Assembly (NCBI GenBank): GCA_963782525.1
Contig: CAWAKC010000007.1
Location: 96,001-160,000, forward strand
Source of the DNA: Candidatus Bathyarchaeota archaeon
Lineage (GTDB): Archaea; Thermoproteota; Bathyarchaeia; Bathyarchaeales; Bathycorpusculaceae
DNA length: 64,000 nt
Direction of reading: 5' to 3'
Shown: positions 1 through 9,413 of the stretch, piece by piece
Position numbering within the stretch: position 1 is the first letter of the stretch
How the letters are laid out: each line of letters starts with the position of its first letter
Position numbers and translations under genes: made by a program
The notes under the pieces: model-generated
The model's database searches: none
What the model saw: the letters and a program-made list of their open reading frames with translations, nothing else
What the model was told of the DNA's origin: nothing

Positions 1-1
1 C

Positions 2-667
2 ATCAAACCTAAACGTCCCATCCCCTCAGGCGCCCTCAATCTGAAGCAGGTTGTGGCGATTACAGGCGTGCTATTTACTTTAGGCTTACTTCTTTCAGCA
101 TTAATAAATTGGTTAAGTTTCGCAATAATAGCCATTGATTCACTTTTGCTTTTGGTTTACTCGTACATGGTGAAACGAAAGTCCGGTTTCGCCGCTAACC
201 TGCTAATGGGTATTTTGACGGGTACAGCGTTCATATTTGGGCAAGCAACCGTTTCAGGCACTATAACATGGATTTCACTAAGCCTCTACCCAATCGCGTT
301 TGGAACAATAGGCGGCAACGTGCTACGCGACATCTTAAGCATGGAGGGCGACTCAAAAGTGGGATACCCAACGCTACCACAGAAAATCGGCGCTATCAGC
401 GCAGCTAAAGTCGGCGGCATATTCTTCCTCCTCACAGGATTGCTTGCTCCTCTGCCTGCTCTACCCCTGTTCAAAGACCACTTTACATTGTATTATTTGC
501 CGCTGATTCTGCTCTGGAGTGCACTGTTAATTTACTCCTCTATACGATTATTCGTGTCAAGTTCAACCATAGCAGATATACGCAAGTATGAAAGGTTGGT
601 AACGATGTCAATGATGCTGTTGCCGCTTGCACTCATTATTGAAGCTGTCCTTGGATGGTTAATATGA
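2..667 (+). CDS. UbiA-family prenyltransferase, probable digeranylgeranylglyceryl phosphate (DGGGP) synthase; 5'-truncated by the window edge
   Basis: The frame is open from position 2 (IKPKRPIPSG, the UbiA RPIPSG motif). Second Asp-rich motif RDILSMEGD..GYPTLP. Multiple TM segments. Stop overlaps the next gene. Confidence 0.85.
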   Translation: MKPKRPIPSGALNLKQVVAITGVLFTLGLLLSALINWLSFAIIAIDSLLLLVYSYMVKRKSGFAANLLMGILTGTAFIFGQATVSGTITWISLSLYPIAFGTIGGNVLRDILSMEGDSKVGYPTLPQKIGAISAAKVGGIFFLLTGLLAPLPALPLFKDHFTLYYLPLILLWSALLIYSSIRLFVSSSTIADIRKYERLVTMSMMLLPLALIIEAVLGWLI

Positions 668-2130
668 GCGAAACCAAAAGCATCTGCCCTGAATGCCAAA
701 AGAAAATCGACGCCCAATTAGCCCAGTCCCACGGCAAAATCCAAATAACCAAACAATGCCCCGAACACGGCGAATTTCACGCCACCCACTGGCAAAGTGT
801 ACCCGTCTACAATCACATGCAAAAGTACGACCAGTTCCAATACCTCGGCGACCTAAATGCACCCAAAAACCCCGAGGGCTGTCCCTACAAATGCGAAACC
901 TGCAACAAACACGCGTCGGGCACAGTCATCGGCGTAATCGACGTAACCAAACGTTGCAACTTCAAATGTGCTGTATGCTTTAGTACTTTTCCAAATCAAG
1001 AAGCAGATTATGAACCCACCAAAGAAGCCCTCATAAACATGCTTGAGTTCGCAGCTAACGCAAATCCTAAGCCTCCAGCAATTTTGTTCTCAGGTGGCGA
1101 ACCGCTCGAACGCGAGGATATGCCAGAAATTATTGCGGCGGCACACAGGCTAAAATTTATGACTATCTTGGCGACCAACGGAACCCATCTCGTTGATACC
1201 CCCGGGTTGGCTAAGAAGCTCAAAGACAGCGGCTTAAACATAGTTTACTTGTCCTTTGACAGTTTCCATGAAGAATTCAACCGAAAAGTTCGAGGACGAG
1301 AACTCTTAGAAATGAAACTGAAAGCCATTGACGTTTGCCGCACACAGGATATGGAAATCATCCTCGTGAACACCCTCATGAAGAGCCTCAACGACAAGGA
1401 GGTCGGTGACATGATACGTTTCGCTTCCAAAAACACTGACATCGTCCGAGGATTAATCTTCCAGCCTATCGCTTTCACGGGCAGAGCCACAGAGAACCCG
1501 TTCCGCGAAAATTTCCGCGAATGGAGCTTCGCCGAGGATGTTGAAAAGCAAACGAACGGGGAAGTGAAAGCTACTGATTTGTATCCGATGTCTGTTATGA
1601 CTTCGCCGATTAAAATCATGCGTAAATTCATGCAGAAACCCTGGCCGCTATTCAGCTGTAGCCCGCAATGCGGCATTGTTAACTGGGTTTACGTTTCCAA
1701 AAGCGGCAAAATGTTTCCCATAAACCGCTTCGTCAACTTTGACCGGTTCTTCAACAGTATCCGCAAAACCGCTGAAGAAGCCGAATCCAAGGGCAAATTC
1801 TCATTGCTTTCATCGCTGTTTATGGCTTCAATGCTATCTATGGACATGTTTTTGGTCACCAAAGAAGTGGGCATGCCAACTTTGATGAAATCCATCATGA
1901 AAATGCATCTCTCGCCATCTTATCAGTCGCTGGGCAAAATCCGACGCAGAATCTTCCTCTTAGGCTGCATGGCATTCATGGATTCCTACAACTTCGACGT
2001 CAACCGCGTCCGCCGATGCGTCGTCCACTACATCACGCCTGACCTGAAGATTATTCCGTTCTGCGCCTACAACAACGTCCACCGAGTAGCTATCGAGAAA
2101 GCGTATGCTGAAAGACAAAAGAAAGCTTAA
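664..2130 (+). CDS. tes: Tetraether lipid synthase (Tes / GDGT-MAS, MJ0619 family) radical SAM protein
   Basis: N-terminal rubredoxin-like CPEC...CPEHG. GCPYKCETCNKH auxiliary-cluster motif. CxxxCxxC (CNFKCAVC), GGEP and FQPIAFTGR. C-terminal CMAFMDSYNFDVNRVRRC..HY..PD..IIPFCAYN is colinear with MJ0619 as recalled. Confidence 0.85.
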   Translation: MSETKSICPECQKKIDAQLAQSHGKIQITKQCPEHGEFHATHWQSVPVYNHMQKYDQFQYLGDLNAPKNPEGCPYKCETCNKHASGTVIGVIDVTKRCNFKCAVCFSTFPNQEADYEPTKEALINMLEFAANANPKPPAILFSGGEPLEREDMPEIIAAAHRLKFMTILATNGTHLVDTPGLAKKLKDSGLNIVYLSFDSFHEEFNRKVRGRELLEMKLKAIDVCRTQDMEIILVNTLMKSLNDKEVGDMIRFASKNTDIVRGLIFQPIAFTGRATENPFRENFREWSFAEDVEKQTNGEVKATDLYPMSVMTSPIKIMRKFMQKPWPLFSCSPQCGIVNWVYVSKSGKMFPINRFVNFDRFFNSIRKTAEEAESKGKFSLLSSLFMASMLSMDMFLVTKEVGMPTLMKSIMKMHLSPSYQSLGKIRRRIFLLGCMAFMDSYNFDVNRVRRCVVHYITPDLKIIPFCAYNNVHRVAIEKAYAERQKKA

Positions 2131-2193
2131 CCTATTGGAATGGAATTTAGGGCTTTTTGGTGCTTTTTAGACTTTTTGAACTCTGAAAAAAAA

Positions 2194-2721
2194 TTACTTT
2201 TTTGCTGCTTCTGCAGTCATTTGCTTGACGAACGCTTTGATGCCTTCAGGTTGACCGTAAACTACTATGCGCCCATCCTTTTCGGGTTTGACCTGGAGAT
2301 TTTGTTCTTCAGCAATCCGTAGTATCCGTCCGGCTGGCAGGTCCTTGATTGGTTCCACTCTCACCCATTTTTGGTCTCTCGGAACACCCGTAACATACTT
2401 GTCCTCCGATGCGGGTTCCTCGCAAACTTCAGCGTTAGCTTCTTCTAGGCGCCTTAGCCATGCGTCAACTTTTTCGGCACCAAAAACCTTCTGCGCCTCC
2501 TCGGCGAGATAAGCTTCCACGTTTGCAGATAATTCCTCAGCTTTTTGGAGAGCATCGCCTGCGCCCCTGGCTTGGGTGCAATGAAGCTTTATCATGCTTT
2601 TTGCAGACCGCAAGTCCGCCAGAATATTTTCAGGGATTACTACTCCTTTTTTCTCCAAATCAATGAGCATGCTTTCGAGAACTTTCCATGATGCCATGTT
2701 GTGACCCATAACCGTCGCCAT
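2194..2721 (-). CDS. DUF2096-family archaeal protein
   Basis: W.VL..ML.DL.KKG..IP..I..DLRSAK.MI N-terminus and G.PR...WVRV C-terminal part. TATA-like TTTATAG about 25 nt upstream. Confidence 0.7.
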   Translation of the reverse strand: MATVMGHNMASWKVLESMLIDLEKKGVVIPENILADLRSAKSMIKLHCTQARGAGDALQKAEELSANVEAYLAEEAQKVFGAEKVDAWLRRLEEANAEVCEEPASEDKYVTGVPRDQKWVRVEPIKDLPAGRILRIAEEQNLQVKPEKDGRIVVYGQPEGIKAFVKQMTAEAAKK

Positions 2722-2871
2722 CTGAAATGTTAGGACTTTGCGCTATAAAGGGTTAATCATGGCGGGCAGGGTTTGGAAAGAAATAAATCATTTAACTGGT
2801 TGTAGATAATTGGAGAGTTCTCTTTCGGGAACCAAAGTTAATTTTCAATTAATTTTTTGGCGGTTAAAAAA

Positions 2872-4248
2872 ATGGAAATAAAAACCATCAAGTCTGAAGG
2901 TTTAGCCCACAACAGCTACTATCTATCCGACGAACATGAAGCCGTAGTTATTGACCCAAGGCGTGACTGCGAAATCTACACCCAACTTGCCAAAGAAGAC
3001 TGCGCAAAAATCAAATATATCCTAGAAACTCATCGCAACGAAGACTACGTCGTCGGCTCACTGGAGCTGCAGAGCCTCACAGGAGCAGAAATCGGTCACA
3101 GCAACGCTTTGCTTTTCAAGTATGGAGAAGACAAGTTGTCTGATGGCGACGTCTTGCATGTAGGCGGTGTAAAGATAAAATCTCTCTACACGCCCGGACA
3201 TACCAACGAATCCCTTTGTTACGTTATTTATCCCTCAGAGAGTAACGATGCTAAAGCTGTTTTCACGGGCGACACAATCTTTGCGGGTTCCGTTGGGCGA
3301 ACCGACCTCTATGGCAAAACCAACCATCCCACTCAAGCAGAAAAACTCTACATTAGCCTAAACGAAAAGTTGTTGCGGCTGGGTGACCATGTTTTGGTTT
3401 ACCCCGCCCATGGCGCAGGCAGCGTCTGTGGTCACGGCATAAATAACATGGAACCAACCACGCTTGGCTTCGAGAAAAAAACCAATCCCTACCTGCAATT
3501 TGGCAAGGATGAATTCATCAAAAAAGTAACTGCTGAAGAATTGGTGGTACCAAAGTACTTCAAAAAAATGGAGGAACTAAACCTGAACGGTCCACCGCTA
3601 CTCAGCAAAATGTCCAATCCAAAACCTTTCTCGCTGCTCGAGTTTGAAGTGGAAATGCAAGAGCAGAATATGATTGTTATAGACACTCGAATGCCCTACG
3701 CGTATGCAGGGTCACATATCCCCAATTCAGTCAGTTTGTGGCTTGGAGGAACTAGCGTTTACCCCGGATGGCTCTTTGATACCAATCAGTACATCATCTT
3801 CATGCTTGAGCGCCCAAGTGATATCGACATTGCGGCGCCACAGTTTAGGCGGCTGGGTTTTGACAACATGTGTGGTTACCTATGCGGCGGCATGAATCAG
3901 TGGCAGGATGCGGGGAAGCCTTTCCGTAGCTACAAAACCGTTTCAGCCCCAGAAACAAAAGAGCGGTTTGCTAAGGGCGAAGTTTTGTTGTTGGATGTTC
4001 GGGATCCGCCAGAATGGACCGAAGATGGTTACATTGAGGGTGCAACTCGGATTTTCTTTGGTGACTTACCCCAAAAAACCGCAGAATTGCCAAAAGACAA
4101 ACCGATTGTTGTTACTTGTTCGGTTGGGAACCGTTCAAGTATTGCATTAAGCATGTTGGAGCGGGCGGGCTTTGAAGATGTCAGTAACATGCTTGGCGGG
4201 TTGACTGCATGGAGAAACCGTGGGTATCCGATCAAAAAAGAGATCTAG
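2872..4248 (+). CDS. MBL-fold hydrolase fused to two rhodanese domains (persulfide dioxygenase/sulfurtransferase-like)
   Basis: ETHRNEDY variant of THxHxDH, plus TPGHT, FTGD, GRTDL and PAHGAGS.C. Two rhodanese domains, the second with active-loop CSVGNRS and GG..AW. Confidence 0.85.
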   Translation: MEIKTIKSEGLAHNSYYLSDEHEAVVIDPRRDCEIYTQLAKEDCAKIKYILETHRNEDYVVGSLELQSLTGAEIGHSNALLFKYGEDKLSDGDVLHVGGVKIKSLYTPGHTNESLCYVIYPSESNDAKAVFTGDTIFAGSVGRTDLYGKTNHPTQAEKLYISLNEKLLRLGDHVLVYPAHGAGSVCGHGINNMEPTTLGFEKKTNPYLQFGKDEFIKKVTAEELVVPKYFKKMEELNLNGPPLLSKMSNPKPFSLLEFEVEMQEQNMIVIDTRMPYAYAGSHIPNSVSLWLGGTSVYPGWLFDTNQYIIFMLERPSDIDIAAPQFRRLGFDNMCGYLCGGMNQWQDAGKPFRSYKTVSAPETKERFAKGEVLLLDVRDPPEWTEDGYIEGATRIFFGDLPQKTAELPKDKPIVVTCSVGNRSSIALSMLERAGFEDVSNMLGGLTAWRNRGYPIKKEI

Positions 4249-4250
4249 CC

Positions 4251-4970
4251 TTATTGTTCTGATGGCTTAAGTGCCTTCGCCATTCGTTTGGCGTTGTCTT
4301 TGGGTTCCAAGAGTTCCTTGACAAGGTTGTATTGGCGTTGGTAGATGTGACAGTTTTTCGAGTGGAAAATTAGTTTGCCTGTTTTCAATGAAAGGTTGCC
4401 TCGCTCGTTTATTTCGTTGACGAAAGCTTCATTGAAAAGCTGAAGTCCAGCGATGTTAGCCGGTAACCCGCCATACGCATCCCAGCTTCGAAAATAGGAG
4501 GTGAAATGCATTTGGTTGTCGAGAATTTCTGTGTCGATTAGGCTCAGGCAGGGGGGTTCACTTTTTTTGTTGTTTTTACCGTATTTTTTTATGTCTTCTG
4601 GGAACCTGATAACCATCGTAACTTGCCGATCCCTCTGCTCTTCAATGTATCTTTTTATGGCTTCCTCAACCTGGTTGATTGGATGATTTAGGCGGCTGCC
4701 GTAGGTGTAGGTTTCGTCTTCTTGTTTTTCGCCACACCACAAATACTCCAACGCGTAGCCTTGGACGTACTTGAAGTCGCATGGCGCTTTATCGCTGACC
4801 AGAGGCCGATTTTCAGGGTTTGTTATTTCGATTGTAAGATTCAGCTTCCTAGTTTCAGTCTCTTCTGAGCCAAAACCGACTTTGAAAACATCCCCTTCCC
4901 TCCAAATTGCGCTTAACGCTTTGAACCAAGCATCAGGGCAATCGAATGCTGAAATCTTCACATGTTTCAA
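4251..4970 (-). CDS. thyA: Archaeal-type thymidylate synthase
   Basis: YTYGSRL, catalytic PPCL, FRSWDAYGGLPANI and HIY motifs. Confidence 0.8.
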   Translation of the reverse strand: MKHVKISAFDCPDAWFKALSAIWREGDVFKVGFGSEETETRKLNLTIEITNPENRPLVSDKAPCDFKYVQGYALEYLWCGEKQEDETYTYGSRLNHPINQVEEAIKRYIEEQRDRQVTMVIRFPEDIKKYGKNNKKSEPPCLSLIDTEILDNQMHFTSYFRSWDAYGGLPANIAGLQLFNEAFVNEINERGNLSLKTGKLIFHSKNCHIYQRQYNLVKELLEPKDNAKRMAKALKPSEQ

Positions 4971-5178
4971 ACAGAGGTCTCCGAGTTACCGAATAATGTT
5001 TAGCCACTTAACATAATAACTTTACCAATCAAAAGTGGTTCTCTGAATTTTTAACATTCTAATTGCTTGAAAAAGTGCCAATTCGACCTGGCCCTAAGGA
5101 TTCAATCTAGGTTGGAATTAAAAGCAGAATACAAAACTTTTTTTAAAAAATAAAATAAAGAAAGAAAATTTGGGTCGC

Positions 5179-6867
5179 TTAGTAGGGCATTCCGCCCATA
5201 CCGCCCATTCCACCCATGCCGCCGCCCATACCACCCATTCCTGGTGGCATCTGAGGCATCTTGCTGCCGCCGCCTTTAATGCTGATTAAGTCGTCGATCT
5301 TCAGTATCATGTTGGTTGCTTCGGTAGCGGATTTTATGACTTGCTGCTTTACGCGGAGTGGCTCAATAACCATTTTCACGCGCATGTCAACAATTTTGCC
5401 TGTGGTTACGTCGATGCCGAAGGTTTGGCTGTTTGGTTTCTCGTGCTGTGCGCGTAGAGCTACCATGATGTCTATGGGGTCTAAGCCTGCGTTCTCGGCG
5501 AGCGTGAGGGGAATTTCTTCCACTGCGTCTGCGAAGGCTTCAACTGCAAGTTGTTCGCGTCCTCCAACTTTTACGGCGAAAGCGCGTAGGTTCTTTGCTA
5601 ATTCTGCTTCGGGTGCGCCGCCTCCTGCAACGATTTTGCCGTCTTCGATTGCGTTTCTTACTACGCATAAGCCGTCGTGTAAGCTGCGTTCTGCTTCGTC
5701 TATGACGTTTTTGGATGCGCCTCGGATAACGATTGTAACTGCTTTGGGGTTCTTGCAGTCGCGGATGTAGATTAGTTTGTCGTCGCCGATTTTGACTTCT
5801 TCAACGCGTTTTGCTTTGCCAAGTGCGTCAGGCGTCAAGTCTTTTACGCTTGCACCTATGCTAGCTCCTGTGGCTCTTGAGAGTTTTTCCATGTCGCTGC
5901 TACTTACGCTTTTAACTGCTAAAACGCCCGCTTTACTTAAGAAGTGCAGGACCATGTCGTCGATTCCTTTCTCGCAGAAGATAACGTTTGCACCGGATTT
6001 GGTAATTGTGGTCACCATTTCTTTTAGCATGCGTTCTTCTTCGTCAAGGAACATCTTCATTTGATTGGGGCTTTCGATGTTGATTTTTGCATCGAACTCA
6101 GTTTTCTCGATTTCGAGCTTAGCGTTTAGGAGGGCGATTTTTGCGCCGTCGATGAGTTTTGGCATTCCTGAGCTTGCAACTTCCTTGTCTAGGACCATGC
6201 CTTTGACTAGTTCTGTTTCATCGAGACTTTGGCCATGTTTCTTCACTACCTTTATGAGGTCTATGTCAGAAACGTATTTGTTGTCAACTTTTTCGGAAAC
6301 TTGCTTTACTGCTTCAACGATTATTTTTGCGAAATGGTCTTCTGCAACGTTGATGCTTTTGCTGGAAATTGATGTAATTGCTACTTCTCTTAGGGTTTTC
6401 TCGTCCTCAAAAGCTATAGGTATAGCTATTTTGTCGAGGATTTTCTGTGCTTCTTCACTTGCTTTCTTGTACCCTTCTATTATGACAGTTGGGTGAATGT
6501 TCTTGTCGAGTAAGCTTTCGGCTTTTGCAAGTAATTCTCCTGCTAAGATGACTGCGGTGGTTGTTCCGTCGCCAACTTCGTTATCTTGAGCTTTTGCTAC
6601 TTCAACAAGCATTTTTGCCGCTGGATGCTGAACATCAAGTTCTTTCATGATAGTTGCACCGTCGTTGGTTATTGCAACATCACCCATACTGCTGACAAGC
6701 ATCTTATCCATGCCACATGGACCGAGTGTGGATTTCACAGACTCAGCCACTATTTTTGCAGCCATGATGTTGTTTTTTTGTGCTTCGCGGCCACTTGAGC
6801 GGCCTGTGCCTTCTTTTAATACGAGAATTGGAATGTTTCCTCCGCCTTGAGACATATTTTTCACCAA
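5179..6867 (-). CDS. ths: Thermosome (group II chaperonin) subunit
   Basis: [25 protein letters not shown] and GGGAPE motifs, GGM-repeat tail. Start may be the ATG at 6855. Confidence 0.97.
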   Translation of the reverse strand: MVKNMSQGGGNIPILVLKEGTGRSSGREAQKNNIMAAKIVAESVKSTLGPCGMDKMLVSSMGDVAITNDGATIMKELDVQHPAAKMLVEVAKAQDNEVGDGTTTAVILAGELLAKAESLLDKNIHPTVIIEGYKKASEEAQKILDKIAIPIAFEDEKTLREVAITSISSKSINVAEDHFAKIIVEAVKQVSEKVDNKYVSDIDLIKVVKKHGQSLDETELVKGMVLDKEVASSGMPKLIDGAKIALLNAKLEIEKTEFDAKINIESPNQMKMFLDEEERMLKEMVTTITKSGANVIFCEKGIDDMVLHFLSKAGVLAVKSVSSSDMEKLSRATGASIGASVKDLTPDALGKAKRVEEVKIGDDKLIYIRDCKNPKAVTIVIRGASKNVIDEAERSLHDGLCVVRNAIEDGKIVAGGGAPEAELAKNLRAFAVKVGGREQLAVEAFADAVEEIPLTLAENAGLDPIDIMVALRAQHEKPNSQTFGIDVTTGKIVDMRVKMVIEPLRVKQQVIKSATEATNMILKIDDLISIKGGGSKMPQMPPGMGGMGGGMGGMGGMGGMPY

Positions 6868-6916
6868 TATTTCCTTATTGAGTTATTAGATTCTAAACGG
6901 AACAATCAAACCTTGA

Positions 6917-6930
6917 GATATAAATTTTTC
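6917..6930 (-). promoter_or_regulatory. BRE/TATA promoter of the thermosome gene
   Basis: Minus strand reads GAAAAA-TTTATATC about 50-60 nt upstream of the start codon. Confidence 0.6.
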
Positions 6931-7038
6931 CCAGAGCTTACGCTCTAAACCCAAGAATATAGATAGATGAGATAGCGATGTTTAGTTTTTGTTGGGCGTT
7001 GGCCTGTTTTTATTCTATAGGCAATTGCAGAAACCCGT

Positions 7039-7806
7039 TTATCCGAAAAGATATTTTCTTTCGTCGTTTGCTTTGTCGAGACTTTTTCCGTTGCGAGTAC
7101 CAATCCACATCATGACCAAGCCTACACCCACGATAAAGATTAAGGCACCAATAAAGGGAAAATAAAAGGACAGAGAAACCGCCACGCCTCTTGGCCAATA
7201 TGGAAACAGGGAATCCATTGTAGCCTTCCAAGCAAACGGAACTAATGCTAGAGTTCCTGAAACAAGCAAAAATGTTCCCAGCCAGAAAACCCAGGTTTTT
7301 TTGCGCATAAGCCTCGCCTTTATTTGTCTGCGCTTAAAAAACAGCACCGAAGGAAGTATTGTTGCGGCACTGACGGTTATTATTGTAAAGGTTATCCAGG
7401 GGATTGAGTATTGTGTGTTGAAGTAAACGACGTTGGCAATCTGGTCTTTATACTCATAAGTTCTGTTGAGAAACTCGTAAGTTCTGTTAAAGTAATAGAT
7501 GTTGTAGGAGCAGTAGATTTTTAGGGTGTGCAAGCCAGACGGCAGATTGGTCAGGGTTGCGTTTCCGTTGGTTGCAATTAGCGACTGTTCGTCAAGGACA
7601 TATGTGAAAGAAGTAAAGTTTATGTCATCGCTATGAATGGGAATAAAACTAAGTTGAACGGTGCTTGAAGAGTAAATTTGGTCATTTTTGGGAGAACAAA
7701 CAGTTACCCATGTAGGCGGCAAAGGGTTGGCTTGAGCTACACCTACAACCATAACCGATAATAATACAGCAAATATGAAACCCGTTATCACTAATTTGTT
7801 TTTCAT
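7039..7806 (-). CDS. Hypothetical exported protein: signal peptide, small Ig-like domain, three C-terminal TM helices
   Basis: MKNK + hydrophobic stretch + AQA-NP cleavage site. SP.N..Y...V.L.F / Y.LD / LTNLPSGLHTLKIY beta-sandwich pattern. Many NxT/S sequons. Confidence 0.7.
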   Translation of the reverse strand: MKNKLVITGFIFAVLLSVMVVGVAQANPLPPTWVTVCSPKNDQIYSSSTVQLSFIPIHSDDINFTSFTYVLDEQSLIATNGNATLTNLPSGLHTLKIYCSYNIYYFNRTYEFLNRTYEYKDQIANVVYFNTQYSIPWITFTIITVSAATILPSVLFFKRRQIKARLMRKKTWVFWLGTFLLVSGTLALVPFAWKATMDSLFPYWPRGVAVSLSFYFPFIGALIFIVGVGLVMMWIGTRNGKSLDKANDERKYLFG

Positions 7807-7985
7807 TTGGGCACTTTGGATAATCTGGGAGATTGTCTGCAACCGCTTACTATCTTTGGGATTGACGAGATACGGCGTGCCTGAAAGAGCAAGTTTTTGT
7901 CCTACAGGTTAATTTTGGTTTTTAGAGAAATATTTAACATCCTACGCATCCAATTAACTACCGAGACCCGCTTGGAGAAACTACA

Positions 7986-9413
7986 ATGAGCATCCTTAGC
8001 CACGACAGTTTCTGGAACGCAGTCATAACTATGCCTATGACAAAAAAAATGCTCCAGTTGTCCTTAAAAAAATGCGGCAAATGCGGCAGAACTGTGCTTG
8101 AAGCGGCGCTCGACGATTATGCGGGCAAAACCGACGTCAAATGCGACAGGTGCAACAGTTTGTATTCGCAGGTTATCGGTTTCTGGGTTGAATTTCTGCG
8201 GAGAGGTCTTGGCTTTAAACGGGCAAAAGTTGAGAAACTCTTAACTGACCCCTATGCTAGAAGAGCGGTACTTAACCTGACGAAGTCTTTTGCTTACTTG
8301 GGCATAAAAAAACCCATGTCGCTCTATGCGCCGTTTCTAGTAGTTTGGGATTTCACTCATAAATGCAACCTGAGCTGTAAACACTGCTACTCCAACAGCG
8401 GCGCTGTCAAAGAAGATGAATTATCAACATCTCAAGCTTTGGCGGTTGTTGACCAACTTGCCGACGCAGGTGTTACAGCGTTGGCGTTTAGCGGCGGCGA
8501 ACCCTTAACCCGAAAAGACTTCTTTGAAGTTGCACGGCACGCAGCTGACCGTGGACTCTACGTGTCAGTAGCTTCAAATGGAACCCTGCTCACAAAAGAG
8601 AACGTGCAGAAACTCAAACAAGCTAAAGTTAACTACCTCGACGTCAGCATCGACGGAGCCACCGCCAAAACCCACGACGACTTCCGAGGCGTCCCAGGAA
8701 CGTTCGATAAAGCGGTTGCAGGCCTCAAAATCTGCGTTGAAGCCGACTTATGCGTCTGCATCGCCACAACCGTTGGCAAGAACAACATGGCAGAATTGCC
8801 CGCCATCATAGATTTGGCTGAGGAAATCCATGCTGAGCGGTTTACTTACTTCAATTTTATCCCCACTGGTCGGGGTAAAGCGCATTTTGATCAGGACCTC
8901 TCACCTCAAGAACGTGAAGAAGTCATGCAATACTTGCTTAACCGAATGTCGGCAGGCTGCAAAACCACAATCCTCGCAACTGCACCACAATTGGCGCGTG
9001 TAGCTTTGCAATGTCAAGGTCCCGCTGGTACAGGCGAAGTTATCATGTCCATGGCACACATGCAAACCGTAAGAGTAACCAAAAAAGCCGTGCCCTTGGC
9101 GGATTTTATTGGCGGCTGCGGTGCAGGAAGGCTTTACTGTTCGCTGTCTCCTCAAGGCGACGTTCACCCATGCGTCTTTTTGCCCGTAAACGTCGGGAAC
9201 CTAAAAACAGAAAAATTTCAGGACATCTGGCTAAACGCACCCCTCTTCAAATCGTTCCGCAACAGAGCCAACCTCAAAGGCGCATGCGGCAAATGCGATT
9301 ACAAGTTCATTTGCGGGGGCTGCAGGGCACGTTCAGCCGCATATCATAACGGCGACATGCTCAGCGGCGACCCAGGATGCCTTCAAGGAGTGAAGAATAC
9401 AAAAAATGCCTGA
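7986..9413 (+). CDS. Radical SAM/SPASM protein (NirJ/AhbC/AhbD/PqqE-like) with N-terminal CxxC...CxxC extension
   Basis: WDFTHKCNLSCKHCY and FSGGEPL. SPASM GCGAG..Y....G.V.PC...GNL...CGKCDYKFICGGCRAR...DPGC. Confidence 0.9.
   Translation: MSILSHDSFWNAVITMPMTKKMLQLSLKKCGKCGRTVLEAALDDYAGKTDVKCDRCNSLYSQVIGFWVEFLRRGLGFKRAKVEKLLTDPYARRAVLNLTKSFAYLGIKKPMSLYAPFLVVWDFTHKCNLSCKHCYSNSGAVKEDELSTSQALAVVDQLADAGVTALAFSGGEPLTRKDFFEVARHAADRGLYVSVASNGTLLTKENVQKLKQAKVNYLDVSIDGATAKTHDDFRGVPGTFDKAVAGLKICVEADLCVCIATTVGKNNMAELPAIIDLAEEIHAERFTYFNFIPTGRGKAHFDQDLSPQEREEVMQYLLNRMSAGCKTTILATAPQLARVALQCQGPAGTGEVIMSMAHMQTVRVTKKAVPLADFIGGCGAGRLYCSLSPQGDVHPCVFLPVNVGNLKTEKFQDIWLNAPLFKSFRNRANLKGACGKCDYKFICGGCRARSAAYHNGDMLSGDPGCLQGVKNTKNA

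Noticed and set aside
5182-5260. Short tandem CCGCCCAT-like repeats
   Set aside because: They encode the ordinary GGM-rich chaperonin tail.
6886-6896. TTAGA-T-TCTAA dyad near the thermosome TSS
   Set aside because: A single short AT-rich palindrome that could arise by chance, with no second copy noticed.
7452-7489. 21-nt-period tandem duplication (NRTYE twice)
   Set aside because: Small in-frame duplication with only two copies and no array structure.
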